Source of the DNA: Trichodesmium erythraeum IMS101
GTDB lineage: Bacteria > Cyanobacteriota > Cyanobacteriia > Cyanobacteriales > Microcoleaceae
Assembly: GCF_000014265.1 (NCBI RefSeq)
Contig: NC_008312.1
Span: 6,570,001 to 6,602,000 of the forward strand
Reading direction: 5' to 3'
Length of the DNA: 32,000 nucleotides
Below, one piece after another: positions 7,487-16,110 of the stretch. A model generated the notes under the pieces. The model did not search any database, was not told the origin of the DNA, and saw only the letters and a list, made by a program, of their open reading frames with translations. Both the position numbers and the translations under genes were made by a program. Each line of letters begins with the position of its first letter. The first letter of the stretch is position 1.

Positions 7487-7621
7487 TCTGATCAACTGCA
7501 GGAATTTAGCTTTGGCTGATCAATATAAGTTTCATAATTTTTGTGAAACTTGATTTATAAGTGGGTAAAAATTACCGTCAAAATATTAAAGAACTAAGAA
7601 TAGCAAAATTATTGATAAACA

Positions 7622-9505
7622 ATGGAAAAAAAATCAAAACGCGATCGCGGAAGAATTATCACAACTTCTGGACTGAAAAAATTAAATGAAGCTATTGAAG
7701 AGTGGAAACAGAAATACAACCTTAGAGGTACTCTGGCAGAAATTGAGGCAGAGTCAGGAGTTGGTTCAGATACTATTAGTAAAATTCGACAAGGACGAGT
7801 AGGTGCAGACCTCAGCAAAATTCAACAACTTTTTGCTGCTTTTGATCTAACTTTGGATGAAACTGACTACCGCTCCGGAAAACAAAGCTCATCTGAAATG
7901 GACTCAGAACCACTATCACAACTACTACCACTTTTAAACGACGAACAAATAGTCACTAAAAATAGTTTCCAAATTTTCATCAGTTATAACAGGCAAGACC
8001 CGGATCAAGAATTGGCGCGACAGTTTGAAACAGCCCTCGCTGCTGCTGGTCATCAAGTATTTATGGCAGGAGACCATATTCGTCTGGGAGAAAATTGGTT
8101 TCGTCGAATTAATATTGAATTGAAACGCTGTGACTATTTGTTGTTATTTTTGCCTCCTCAGTCAGCACAAAGTGAGTTGCTCACCTATCAAGTGCAACTT
8201 GCCAGAGAATTACAATTTTCCCGACCAGAGCGTAAACCTGTAATTTTGCCAATTCGGGTAGGTTTTTCTCTGACTCAACCTCTCAACCATGACTTACGTG
8301 GTTATCTGTATCGCATTCAACAACGGGAGTGGCGATCGCCGGAAGATACAATTATTATTCTTAAAGAAGTTTTGACTCTTCTAGCTGCTCCACCAGGTAA
8401 TATTGCCCTGGAAATAGAGGAGAAAAAAGAAATTTCTCTGAGTGAAGAAATTAGCAGTATCGCCTCTGCCAACTTCCCCCCTTTACCCTCTGCAGAACCA
8501 GAAATACCAGGGGGACAAATTGATGTAGCATCTAATTTTTATATTGAGCGTCCTCCCATAGAAGAACGTTGTTATCAAACTATCTTACAACCGAGTAGTT
8601 TGATTAGAATTAAAGCACCTCGACAGATGGGAAAAACTTCTTTAATGGCAAGAATTTTACATCATGCTGCATTCCAAGGATATCGAACAATACCTTTGAG
8701 TTTTCAGTTAGTAGATAAAGAAGTTTTTAGTAATCTTGAAAAGTTCTTAAAATGGTTTTGTGCTTATGTGGGAAGGGAGTTACGTTTGCCAAATCAATTA
8801 GATGATTATTGGGATGATATTTTTGGTAGTAAAGTTAATTGTAAGGATTATTTTGAGAAATATTTATTAGCACAAATAGATCATCCTTTAGTCTTAGGTT
8901 TAGATGAAATTGACCGAGTTTTTCAATACCCTGATATTGCCGAAGATTTTTTAGGATTATTACGAGCCTGGCATGAAGAGTCAAAACGACGTGCTATTTG
9001 GAAAAAGTTGCGCTTATTAGTAGTTCATTCTACTGAGGTTTATATTCCTATGAATATTAATCAATCTCCTTTTAATGTGGGGTTGCCTATAGATTTACCA
9101 GAATTTAATCTCCCGCAAGTTAAGGACTTGGCATTCCGACATAATTTGAATTGGTCAGAGCAAGAAGTAGAGAAACTAATGGCAATTATTGGTGGGCATC
9201 CTTATTTAGTTAGGGTGGCATTATATCACATTTCTAAACAAGATTTGACTCTAGAAGATTTACCGGAAAATGTAATGAGTGAAACTGGAATTTATAGCGA
9301 CCATTTGCGACGACATTTGTGGAATTTAGAAGAATATCCAGAGTTAGTTGCAGCAATGAAAAATATAATTTCTGAAAATTTGAACGAACGTTTAACAGGG
9401 ATATTAGGTTTTAAGTTAGACAGTTTGGGTTTAGTAAAATGGCAGGGCAATAAATACCATCCCAGATGTGAGTTATATCGTCAATATTTTCAGGTTCATT
9501 TATGA
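7622..9505 (+). CDS. HTH - TIR - AAA_35 (STAND-like NTPase) fusion protein
   Basis: N-terminal HTH-like segment is TLAEIEAESGVGSDTISKIRQGR. TIR-like block is FQIFISYNRQDPDQELARQFETALAAAGHQVFMAG...CDYLLLFLPPQSAQSELLTYQV. AAA_35 block is FYIERPPIEERCYQTI...IKAPRQMGKTSLMARI with LVLGLDEIDRV as Walker B. Confidence 0.8.
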   Translation: MEKKSKRDRGRIITTSGLKKLNEAIEEWKQKYNLRGTLAEIEAESGVGSDTISKIRQGRVGADLSKIQQLFAAFDLTLDETDYRSGKQSSSEMDSEPLSQLLPLLNDEQIVTKNSFQIFISYNRQDPDQELARQFETALAAAGHQVFMAGDHIRLGENWFRRINIELKRCDYLLLFLPPQSAQSELLTYQVQLARELQFSRPERKPVILPIRVGFSLTQPLNHDLRGYLYRIQQREWRSPEDTIIILKEVLTLLAAPPGNIALEIEEKKEISLSEEISSIASANFPPLPSAEPEIPGGQIDVASNFYIERPPIEERCYQTILQPSSLIRIKAPRQMGKTSLMARILHHAAFQGYRTIPLSFQLVDKEVFSNLEKFLKWFCAYVGRELRLPNQLDDYWDDIFGSKVNCKDYFEKYLLAQIDHPLVLGLDEIDRVFQYPDIAEDFLGLLRAWHEESKRRAIWKKLRLLVVHSTEVYIPMNINQSPFNVGLPIDLPEFNLPQVKDLAFRHNLNWSEQEVEKLMAIIGGHPYLVRVALYHISKQDLTLEDLPENVMSETGIYSDHLRRHLWNLEEYPELVAAMKNIISENLNERLTGILGFKLDSLGLVKWQGNKYHPRCELYRQYFQVHL

Positions 9506-9711
9506 GGTTAGTCTAGTAATTTTAGCAATTTTTGCAGTTTGGTGTAAAATAATAAAAGTTTTTGTTTGTAGTAGGGCTTTAGCTCTATATATCTGAGGGG
9601 AAATTTCGTAACTTATAAAGTATGAATAATAAATCAGAAAAAAGCTTTTTTTACGATATTTAATTATAACTATTCAACCGGAAATAATACTATATATTTT
9701 TTCAAAAAATT

Positions 9712-11169
9712 ATGTATACAGAAACAAAAAACTCAAATAAAAATGCAGTCATTGTCGGTGGAGGCCCGGCAGGTTTTGCCACAGCATTAATATTAGCTAA
9801 ACGTGGTTGGCATCAAATTACAGTATTAGAAAAACGACCAGCTGCAGATTTTTATGAACCTGATAAATCATTTAATTATTTAATTGATGGGCGGGGTCAA
9901 AAATTTACCGACCTATTTAGTTTAACTGAAAAGTTAGCAAAAATCAGCGTACCAAATACAGAATTTTATCTTACAGAAATTAAGGCTAATGGTAATCGTA
10001 AAACATCAAAATTACCAATCATAGATCCTAATCGCAAAACTGCTTATTGGCTACAACGTCCAATATTTTTGCAGCTACTTTTTCAAGAAATTGAGGAAAA
10101 TTGGCACAATAAGATTACAACTTTATTTAATACAAAATGTTTGGATATTAACAAGAAAGATGGAAAATTAACAATCATTGCTCAAGAAATAAATGACCAA
10201 AATAACTATGAATTTGAAGCAGATTTATTAGTTGGTTGTGATGGGATTAATTCTCTAGTTAGACAAACTTTAGATAAGTGGGATAATTCTGGAACAGATA
10301 AATTTAAAATGCAGTTTTTTCCCTCTGCAAGTTCTGGTTTGAAGTACAAAGTTTTGACGTTACCCCCTAACTTCCCTCTAGACCATAATAATTCTGAACA
10401 AGCAGTTTGTACAATGGCTTATGCTATTCGTGGAGCATTTTCAGATTCTCAACATTCTTTATCTCTAGGTATTTTGCCTTTTGCTGACCCTAATAAACCG
10501 AGAACAGCAAATATTATTAGACGACCAGAACATGAAATTTGGAAATTACAAGATGGTGAAAAATTGTCTGAGTTTTTCCATAAAGCTTTTCCACAATTGC
10601 CAATAAACGAAATAGTTTTATCAGAAGAAAAAGAGCGTTTTGCTAAAAGTGAGGGTGGATATTTCCCCATCCCTCAATATTGTTCTGGGTTGCATTTTTT
10701 ATTATCAAATACAGATAATTCTAGTGGGGTAGTTTTATTAGGAGATGCGGTTCATTGTTTTCCTCCTGATATTGGGCAAGGTGTTAATTCGGCATTGGAA
10801 GATGTTTTTATACTTAATCAAGCACTTACTAAAACTAATGATATTATCTCTGATACTTTGCCATTATTTGAGTCTTTACGTTCTCCAGATATAAAGCCTT
10901 TAATACGTCTAGCTCAAACTGCTTATCCGTGGCAATATAATCAAGGTATTCTCGGTAAACGACTATGGAGTATTAACTTTTTTATGCGGTTCTTATTGAG
11001 TAAAATATTGCCTTTTATTTTTGCTCCTCCCGCTTTTATATTAATTCAAAATCATCAACTTAGTTATCGTGAAATATGGAGAATGGCTCAAAGAACAACT
11101 CTCTTTATATTTGTCTTGGGAATAGTTATTGTTTTAGGAACTATAGCTTTATTTTTAGAGAATTTATAG
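9712..11169 (+). CDS. FAD-dependent monooxygenase (UbiH/kynurenine-monooxygenase-like) with a C-terminal membrane anchor
   Basis: Motifs seen are VIVGGGPAGFATALILAKRG (GxGxxG), CDGINSLVR and LLGDAVHCFPPDIGQGVNSALEDV. The hydrophobic C-terminus is LFIFVLGIVIVLGTIALF. Confidence 0.8.
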   Translation: MYTETKNSNKNAVIVGGGPAGFATALILAKRGWHQITVLEKRPAADFYEPDKSFNYLIDGRGQKFTDLFSLTEKLAKISVPNTEFYLTEIKANGNRKTSKLPIIDPNRKTAYWLQRPIFLQLLFQEIEENWHNKITTLFNTKCLDINKKDGKLTIIAQEINDQNNYEFEADLLVGCDGINSLVRQTLDKWDNSGTDKFKMQFFPSASSGLKYKVLTLPPNFPLDHNNSEQAVCTMAYAIRGAFSDSQHSLSLGILPFADPNKPRTANIIRRPEHEIWKLQDGEKLSEFFHKAFPQLPINEIVLSEEKERFAKSEGGYFPIPQYCSGLHFLLSNTDNSSGVVLLGDAVHCFPPDIGQGVNSALEDVFILNQALTKTNDIISDTLPLFESLRSPDIKPLIRLAQTAYPWQYNQGILGKRLWSINFFMRFLLSKILPFIFAPPAFILIQNHQLSYREIWRMAQRTTLFIFVLGIVIVLGTIALFLENL

Positions 11170-11335
11170 TATTTTTATAATCAGATGCAAAGCACTTTTT
11201 GAATTAGGGTTAATTATTACCTCTATAACACTAATTTTTTTTGCTAGGACAATAAAAATTTGGTTATAAGATAACAGAAAAAAGGAGTAGCTAGACAATA
11301 ATAAAAATTAGTAAAACAGACAAGGTCATAGTTTA

Positions 11336-11566
11336 AGTATTCAGCACTTTAGCAGTCAGCTTTCAGGTTTTGAATTTATGCAAATAACTCTAAGGTTACC
11401 TGATGAGCAATTATATAATAAATATTCCTAATATAAAGAATAGGGAGCAACAGTCATATTATGCAAACATAACTTTTTAATTATACTTGGAGACTAATTC
11501 CTCTTTCCAATATAATGAGTTAATAACTCATAGCTGATAGTTGAATGCTGAGGGCTGAATGCTTAC
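11336..11566. repeat. imperfect inverted heptamer-rich repeat pair flanking ~165 bp
   Basis: agtattcagcactttagcagtcagctttcagg (11336-11367) matches the reverse complement of tagctgatagttgaatgctgagggctgaatgc (11531-11562). Confidence 0.4.
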
Positions 11567-11855
11567 GTTACAGTTATAGTTACAAGTCATTTCTACGATG
11601 GATTCAAAAGTATTTATTATTACAATATAATCAATTTATCACTAATTTATTAGAAAAATATGGGTTCTTAAATGTTTAAATTTTTACTCCATTTTTATCT
11701 GGAATAAATCGATAATGTGATTTTTAAAATTTTGGATTTACCGAAAAAGTATCTACTTTATTAATACCTAACCTAAATTATATTTTTAGCTGAAATTCTA
11801 GCAATTGGTTAAATAATCAAAACATCAAAATTATCATATAAAACTTATCTATATT

Positions 11856-12941
11856 ATGTTTAAAAGTCTAATAATTAAAAATTTCCGATGTTTTCAAGAA
11901 ATTACTATTGATAATATAGAACGAATTAATTTAATTGGAGGTGTTAATAATGTTGGTAAAACAGCTCTCCTGGAAGCAATTTTATTATTAAATAGTTTAA
12001 ATTCTATAGAAATTCCGTTTGAATTAAACTTTAATAGGGGAGTAATTCAACAACCAACTTTTGACATTGAAGAAATTTGTGAATGGTTATTTTATCAAAA
12101 ACAAATTGGTAAATCTATTAAAATTCAAACCATAGATGAAAATGGTGAAGAGAGAGAGTTGAAATTGAGTTTAGATAAAGCATTAAGTCCAAGATTATTT
12201 CCTTTAAGTTCAAAAACAAATAGCAGAAAAACTATCAAAGACTTAAAACTGGAGCTGAAAAAAGCAGGTCAAAAATTATTGGGTTTTACAGCATTTATAA
12301 CCATAGATAAAGAAGGAGAAATTAGGATAGAATTTCAGCAAGATGAAAAACAAAAAATTGAAGAAATACAACTTTTTTATCCTATTGTTTTTCATAGTAG
12401 TCGTTTAAAAGTTTCTTCAACAGAAAATGCAAAAGTGTTTAGTGATTTTGCACTAAAAAATGAACAAAATGAAATTGTAGAGATATTACAAATAGTAGAG
12501 CCAAGATTAAAACGTTTAGAAATTTTAGTCACTGGAGGAATACCTATTATTCATGGAGATGTTGGAGGAGATAATTTAATTCCTGTTGTATTAATGGGAG
12601 AAGGAATGGGAAGGCTATTATCTATGATTTTATCTATCATGAATACTCGAGGAGGAATAGTATTAATTGATGAAATTGAAAATGGCATACATTATTCAGC
12701 TATGGAAAAAGTTTGGCAGTCTATTAATATAGCAACTAGAAAGTTTAATACTCAACTTTTTGCGACTACTCATAGTTATGAATGTATTCATGCTGCTCAT
12801 CGAGCATTTTCCGACTCTGAATCATATAATTTTCGTTATTTTAGACTAGAGAGAGAAAAAGAAACTAATTCTATTAAGAGTTTAGTTTATGACAAGGATA
12901 ATATTGAAACTTCTTTAGGACTTAGCTGGGAGATGCGCTAA
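11856..12941 (+). CDS. ABC-type AAA ATPase (AAA_15/AAA_21-like)
   Basis: N-terminus is LIIKNFRCFQEITIDNIERINLIGGVNNVGKTALLEAI (Walker A). GIVLIDEIENGIHY is Walker B and D-loop, and FATTHS is the H-loop. Confidence 0.8.
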   Translation: MFKSLIIKNFRCFQEITIDNIERINLIGGVNNVGKTALLEAILLLNSLNSIEIPFELNFNRGVIQQPTFDIEEICEWLFYQKQIGKSIKIQTIDENGEERELKLSLDKALSPRLFPLSSKTNSRKTIKDLKLELKKAGQKLLGFTAFITIDKEGEIRIEFQQDEKQKIEEIQLFYPIVFHSSRLKVSSTENAKVFSDFALKNEQNEIVEILQIVEPRLKRLEILVTGGIPIIHGDVGGDNLIPVVLMGEGMGRLLSMILSIMNTRGGIVLIDEIENGIHYSAMEKVWQSINIATRKFNTQLFATTHSYECIHAAHRAFSDSESYNFRYFRLEREKETNSIKSLVYDKDNIETSLGLSWEMR

Positions 12942-13523
12942 ATGACTCATAATAAAAAAATTGAAAAGCCAAAGCTTATTATTGGTGAAGGAAAGGAAGA
13001 TTTCCTTTTTTTTTATTCACTAATTAAACATTTAAAAATTAATGATATTCAAGTGGATTTTTATAATGGAAAGAATAACCTTAATAATTATTTTAAAACT
13101 TTGCATTTAAAACCAGGTTTTTCTAATTTGTGCTCTTTAGGGATTACTAGAGATGCTGATCAATCGTTCGATACTGCTTCTCAAAGTATTGATAATTCTA
13201 TTATACAAAACCAATTAAATGAGAAAAAAAATTTAACCATCAAAAAATTTATATTTCCAGACAATAGTTCTTCAGGAATGTTAGAAGATCTTTGTTTAAG
13301 AGCGATTGATGATTCTGATATTGGTTGTATTACAGATTTTTTTCAGTGCATTAATAAAAACAAAAATATAAAACCAACTGAATTTTCTAAGGCTAAAATC
13401 CACGCCTGGTTGTCTAGTCAAGTAAAACCTGATAAACGTCTAGGTGAAGCTGCTCAAGCAGGATATATTGACTGGAATCACCCCAACTTTAACCCCTTGA
13501 TAAATTTTATAAAAAGTCTTTAA
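12942..13523 (+). CDS. DUF3226/Toprim-like small protein, partner of the ATPase
   Basis: The start abuts the upstream stop (TAAATG). LIIGEGKEDFLFF provides a Toprim-type Glu and LGITRDADQS provides DxD. The C-terminal SKAKIHAWLSSQVKPDKRLGEAAQ is as I remember the DUF3226 family. Confidence 0.6.
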   Translation: MTHNKKIEKPKLIIGEGKEDFLFFYSLIKHLKINDIQVDFYNGKNNLNNYFKTLHLKPGFSNLCSLGITRDADQSFDTASQSIDNSIIQNQLNEKKNLTIKKFIFPDNSSSGMLEDLCLRAIDDSDIGCITDFFQCINKNKNIKPTEFSKAKIHAWLSSQVKPDKRLGEAAQAGYIDWNHPNFNPLINFIKSL

Positions 13524-13704
13524 ATTTACTGTCCTAATGTTCATCTAATTACTCAATAAAGATAAAATAAAATAGTATAATTAATTATTCTTAATTTGAT
13601 ATTTATTTAGGGCTAATAAATTTAATAAATTATTTAATCTTAATTTTCAAAATAGGTATAAAATTCTATCATGTTTATTTGATAATTTATTCTGAGAAGA
13701 TTTT

Positions 13705-14580
13705 ATGAGTGCAGGCAAAAAGTTACGTCAAATATTAGAACAACCAGGTGCTCTCGTGTTACCAGGGGTTTATGATTGCATTGGGGCAAAAATTGTGGAA
13801 CAAATAGGATTTCCTGTTGTTTTTACTAGCGGTTTTGGTATTTCTGGCTCTACACTGGGTCGGCCTGACTATGGTTTTATTACTGCTACAGAAATGCTCT
13901 ATGCTATTAGGCGTATTACTGAGTCAGTTAATATTCCTTTGGTAGCTGATATTGATACTGGATATGGCAACCCACTCAATGTGATTAGAACTGTGACTGA
14001 TATTGTCAATATGGGGGTTGCCGGAATTATTTTGGAAGACCAAGAATGGCCGAAAAAGTGCGGTCACTTTCAGGGTAAGCGGGTTATTCCTATGGCAGAA
14101 CATGTGGAGAAAATTAAAGCGGCGGTTCATGCTAGGGGCGATAGTGGTTTAGTCATTATTGCTCGCACGGATGCTCGTGCTCCATTGGGTTTGGATGAAG
14201 CTATTAAGCGGGGACGTGCTTGTGCTGAAGCTGGTGCGGATGTGGTTTTTATTGAGGCGCCTCAGTCTCTGGAAGATTTGCAGGCGATCGCTACTGCTTT
14301 TGAGGATGTCTATTTATTTGCAAATATGATTGAGGGTGGAAAAACTCCGGTTTTGTCTGGTCAGGAATTGGCAGAAATGGGTTTTAAAATAGTGGTTTAT
14401 CCTTTGTCAGGATTATTTTCTGCTACTCAAGCGATGATCAATTGTTATCGTCAATTATTTGAAAATGGAACTACGGCAGGGTTGCAAGATATTGTTTCGT
14501 TCCAGGATTTTGAAAATATTATTGAAGTGCCTAAATATCAAGAGTTGGAGCAGAAGTTTTCAGTTGATGTTAGGCATTAG
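13705..14580 (+). CDS. isocitrate lyase/PEP mutase family protein (methylisocitrate lyase or carboxyvinyl-carboxyphosphonate phosphorylmutase-like)
   Basis: Motifs seen are LVLPGVYDCIGAKIVEQIGF, VADIDTGYGN, ILEDQEWPKKCGHFQGK and IIARTDA. Confidence 0.85.
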   Translation: MSAGKKLRQILEQPGALVLPGVYDCIGAKIVEQIGFPVVFTSGFGISGSTLGRPDYGFITATEMLYAIRRITESVNIPLVADIDTGYGNPLNVIRTVTDIVNMGVAGIILEDQEWPKKCGHFQGKRVIPMAEHVEKIKAAVHARGDSGLVIIARTDARAPLGLDEAIKRGRACAEAGADVVFIEAPQSLEDLQAIATAFEDVYLFANMIEGGKTPVLSGQELAEMGFKIVVYPLSGLFSATQAMINCYRQLFENGTTAGLQDIVSFQDFENIIEVPKYQELEQKFSVDVRH

Positions 14581-14636
14581 GTTTTAGGTTTTAGGTTTTA
14601 GGTTTCAGGCGTTAGGTTTGAGGCGTCAGGTTTAAA
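14581..14636. repeat. heptanucleotide tandem repeat (STRR-like), about 8 units of GTTTTAG-type
   Basis: The units read gttttag gttttag gttttag gtttcag gcgttag gtttgag gcgtcag gtttaaa. The periodicity starts within the last codons of the upstream CDS. Confidence 0.85.
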
Positions 14637-14740
14637 AATTAACAAATTGATAACATCTAACTACCAAATTCATTGATTTTGGTCGCACTGTTAAATCTCC
14701 ATAACCTTTTACTTCAATTCATTTTCAATTCTTTTTGTTA

Positions 14741-14775
14741 ACCTGAAACCTGAAACCACCAAACCTACTCAAACT
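14741..14775. repeat. inverted-orientation heptamer repeat (AAACCTG-type), partner of 14581-14636
   Basis: taacctg aaacctg aaaccac caaacct actcaaa is the complement of the upstream array. Together they bracket about 105 bp. Confidence 0.75.
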
Positions 14776-14844
14776 TAATATACAGCAGATTTCGGACACA
14801 TGAGGTACAGGGTAAATGGTGAAAATTATGTAGTGCGAGTATCT

Positions 14845-14937
14845 TGCCTGCAAAGATCATCCTTGGTGTGAGTTATATCGTCAATATTTTCAAGTCAATT
14901 TACAAAAAAAATTATGGGTTCAGGTTTTCTGGAAATG
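14845..14937 (+). pseudogene. 3'-terminal remnant of a second AAA_35-type gene
   Basis: catccttggtgtgagttatatcgtcaatattttcaagtcaattta (14858-14901) matches catcccagatgtgagttatatcgtcaatattttcaggttcattta (9458-9501). The remnant encodes HPWCELYRQYFQVNL versus HPRCELYRQYFQVHL, with a stop codon just upstream. Confidence 0.6.
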
Positions 14938-15270
14938 TTTGATCAATAAATTTATTGGGAATTAAGCAAAAAAAAATCAAACAAAACCTCACTGACCGAC
15001 TAAATTTTATTTTTTGGTAGTCTTGTATAGTAATAGTAAGATATGAGATATTTAGAGCAATAAAATTCAGTTTGTACCAGATAAATTGTCTTAAATTCCA
15101 GTCTACTAAAATTATAAGGTATGGACGTACTCACTATGCTAAGCCTCCCTTCCGTTTTCAGCATTCTGATCGACAATTTATGGAATATTCCAGCAGACAG
15201 CCTATTGATATCGTAGGAGTATATATTGGCGATCGCTCTAGATGATCAGCTCAAGGTCTTTGGTAATAAT

Positions 15271-15555
15271 TACCTAAAGAAAATATTTCTTGGCATGACT
15301 CCAACTTAATAATTTATGGAACTCAACCAACTATTAGCACCAACCAAAAGTTTATTATTGTAGGTGATATTTCCTTAACTAATCTCCCAGAACTGCAAAA
15401 AAATCTAGATATTTCCCCTACTACTAATCCCAATTAAACAGTAGCTGAATTATGGCAAAATTGTGGTTTAGAAACCTTTTTATTATTAGAAGGAATTTTT
15501 GCTTTAGCAATTTGGGATAAGGAAAAAAGAGAACTATGGATAGGTCGCGATCGCG
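15271..15555 (+). pseudogene. asparagine synthase family gene, N-terminal fragment
   Basis: LIIYGTQP...FIIVGDISLTNLPELQKNL...N*TVAELWQNCGLETFLLLEGIFALAIWDKEKRELWIGRDR is the glutamine-amidotransferase domain pattern (GMFAFAIWD...RDR). It has an internal stop and ends abruptly at IS1-derived sequence. Confidence 0.65.
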
Positions 15556-15791
15556 CAGTTTACGAGCTTGTTTTTCCTGATTCAAGACATAAATCAGTGG
15601 GGAATATTCAGGTTGAACAACTTATATAGAAAGATTAAATAATACTTTGCGTCAAAGAATTTCTCGGTTGGTCAGAAAGACTTTATCCTTTTCTATAAAG
15701 CTTCGGTCCCATCTAGGAGATATTTGGTATTTCATTAATCATTATAATGAAGCGATCGCTTCACTGTAATTTTATCACTACATATACAGGA
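15556..15791 (+). mobile_element. IS1-family right-end fragment (copy A, about 236 bp)
   Basis: Nearly identical to 29163-29399, differing by a few substitutions and a 1-bp indel. It encodes the transposase C-terminus ...NNTLRQRISRLVRKTLSFS...IWYFINHYNEAIASL*. Confidence 0.8.
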
Positions 15792-15825
15792 CCACCCAAA
15801 ACTTTTAGCTCCAGTATTATTGACA

Positions 15826-16105
15826 GGGACGACCAATGCCGTGTGTTTTAATCATTGGCTTGAGCATCATCCCTATTCCAGAACTCAATCCCCATTCCCT
15901 GTTGATTATGGATAACGCTCCCTTTCATCAGAAGAAAGAAATCCGGGCGCTCGCAGCTCTTGATGGGCACAGTGTTTTGTTCTTAGGGCCCTACTCACCG
16001 GACTTCAACAAGATTGAAGAAGATTTGGCCATTCTCAAAAAGCAACGGATATATGCTCCACCAGAAACAACACTGGATGACATTGTTAGACTGTACGGAA
16101 CTTAA
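15826..16105 (+). mobile_element. IS630-family transposase C-terminal fragment (frameshifted)
   Basis: TNAVCFNHWLE..., then after a frame change LLIMDNAPFHQKKEIRALAALDGHSVLFLGPYSPDFNKIEE. This matches the DNAxxH and PPYSPDLNPIE motifs. The N-terminal two thirds are missing. Confidence 0.7.
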
Positions 16106-16110
16106 TTGTA

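Noticed and set aside
7609-7818. 69-aa minus-strand ORF
   Set aside because: It is antisense to the 5' end of the HTH-TIR-AAA_35 gene. It is a shadow ORF.
10449-10670. 73-aa minus-strand ORF
   Set aside because: It is antisense within the FAD monooxygenase gene.
11378-11431. 17-codon mini-ORF MQITLRLPDEQLYNKYS between inverted heptamer-rich repeats
   Set aside because: The N-terminus resembles the start of small cyanobacterial antitoxin-like proteins. It is far too short and unsupported, so it is most likely a remnant or chance.
13924-14130. 68-aa minus-strand ORF
   Set aside because: It is antisense within the PEP-mutase-family gene.
14581-14775. Possible CRISPR-like repeat array
   Set aside because: The units are 7 nt, contiguous and without spacers. 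This is a heptameric tandem repeat (STRR-type), not a CRISPR array.
15101-15135. Short motifs gtctactaaaat and ggacgtactcact, also present in swapped order at 30077-30105 next to a perfect 20-bp palindrome (gtacgttccatggaacgtac, 30066-30085)
   Set aside because: The matches are only 12-14 nt each, which fits a dispersed short repeat family. They flank the split asnB region, but this is too weak to call att-like sites without genome-wide counts.
15836-16105. 89-aa ORF as an intact gene
   Set aside because: It is only the C-terminal third of an IS630-family transposase. The upstream part is frameshifted and truncated.
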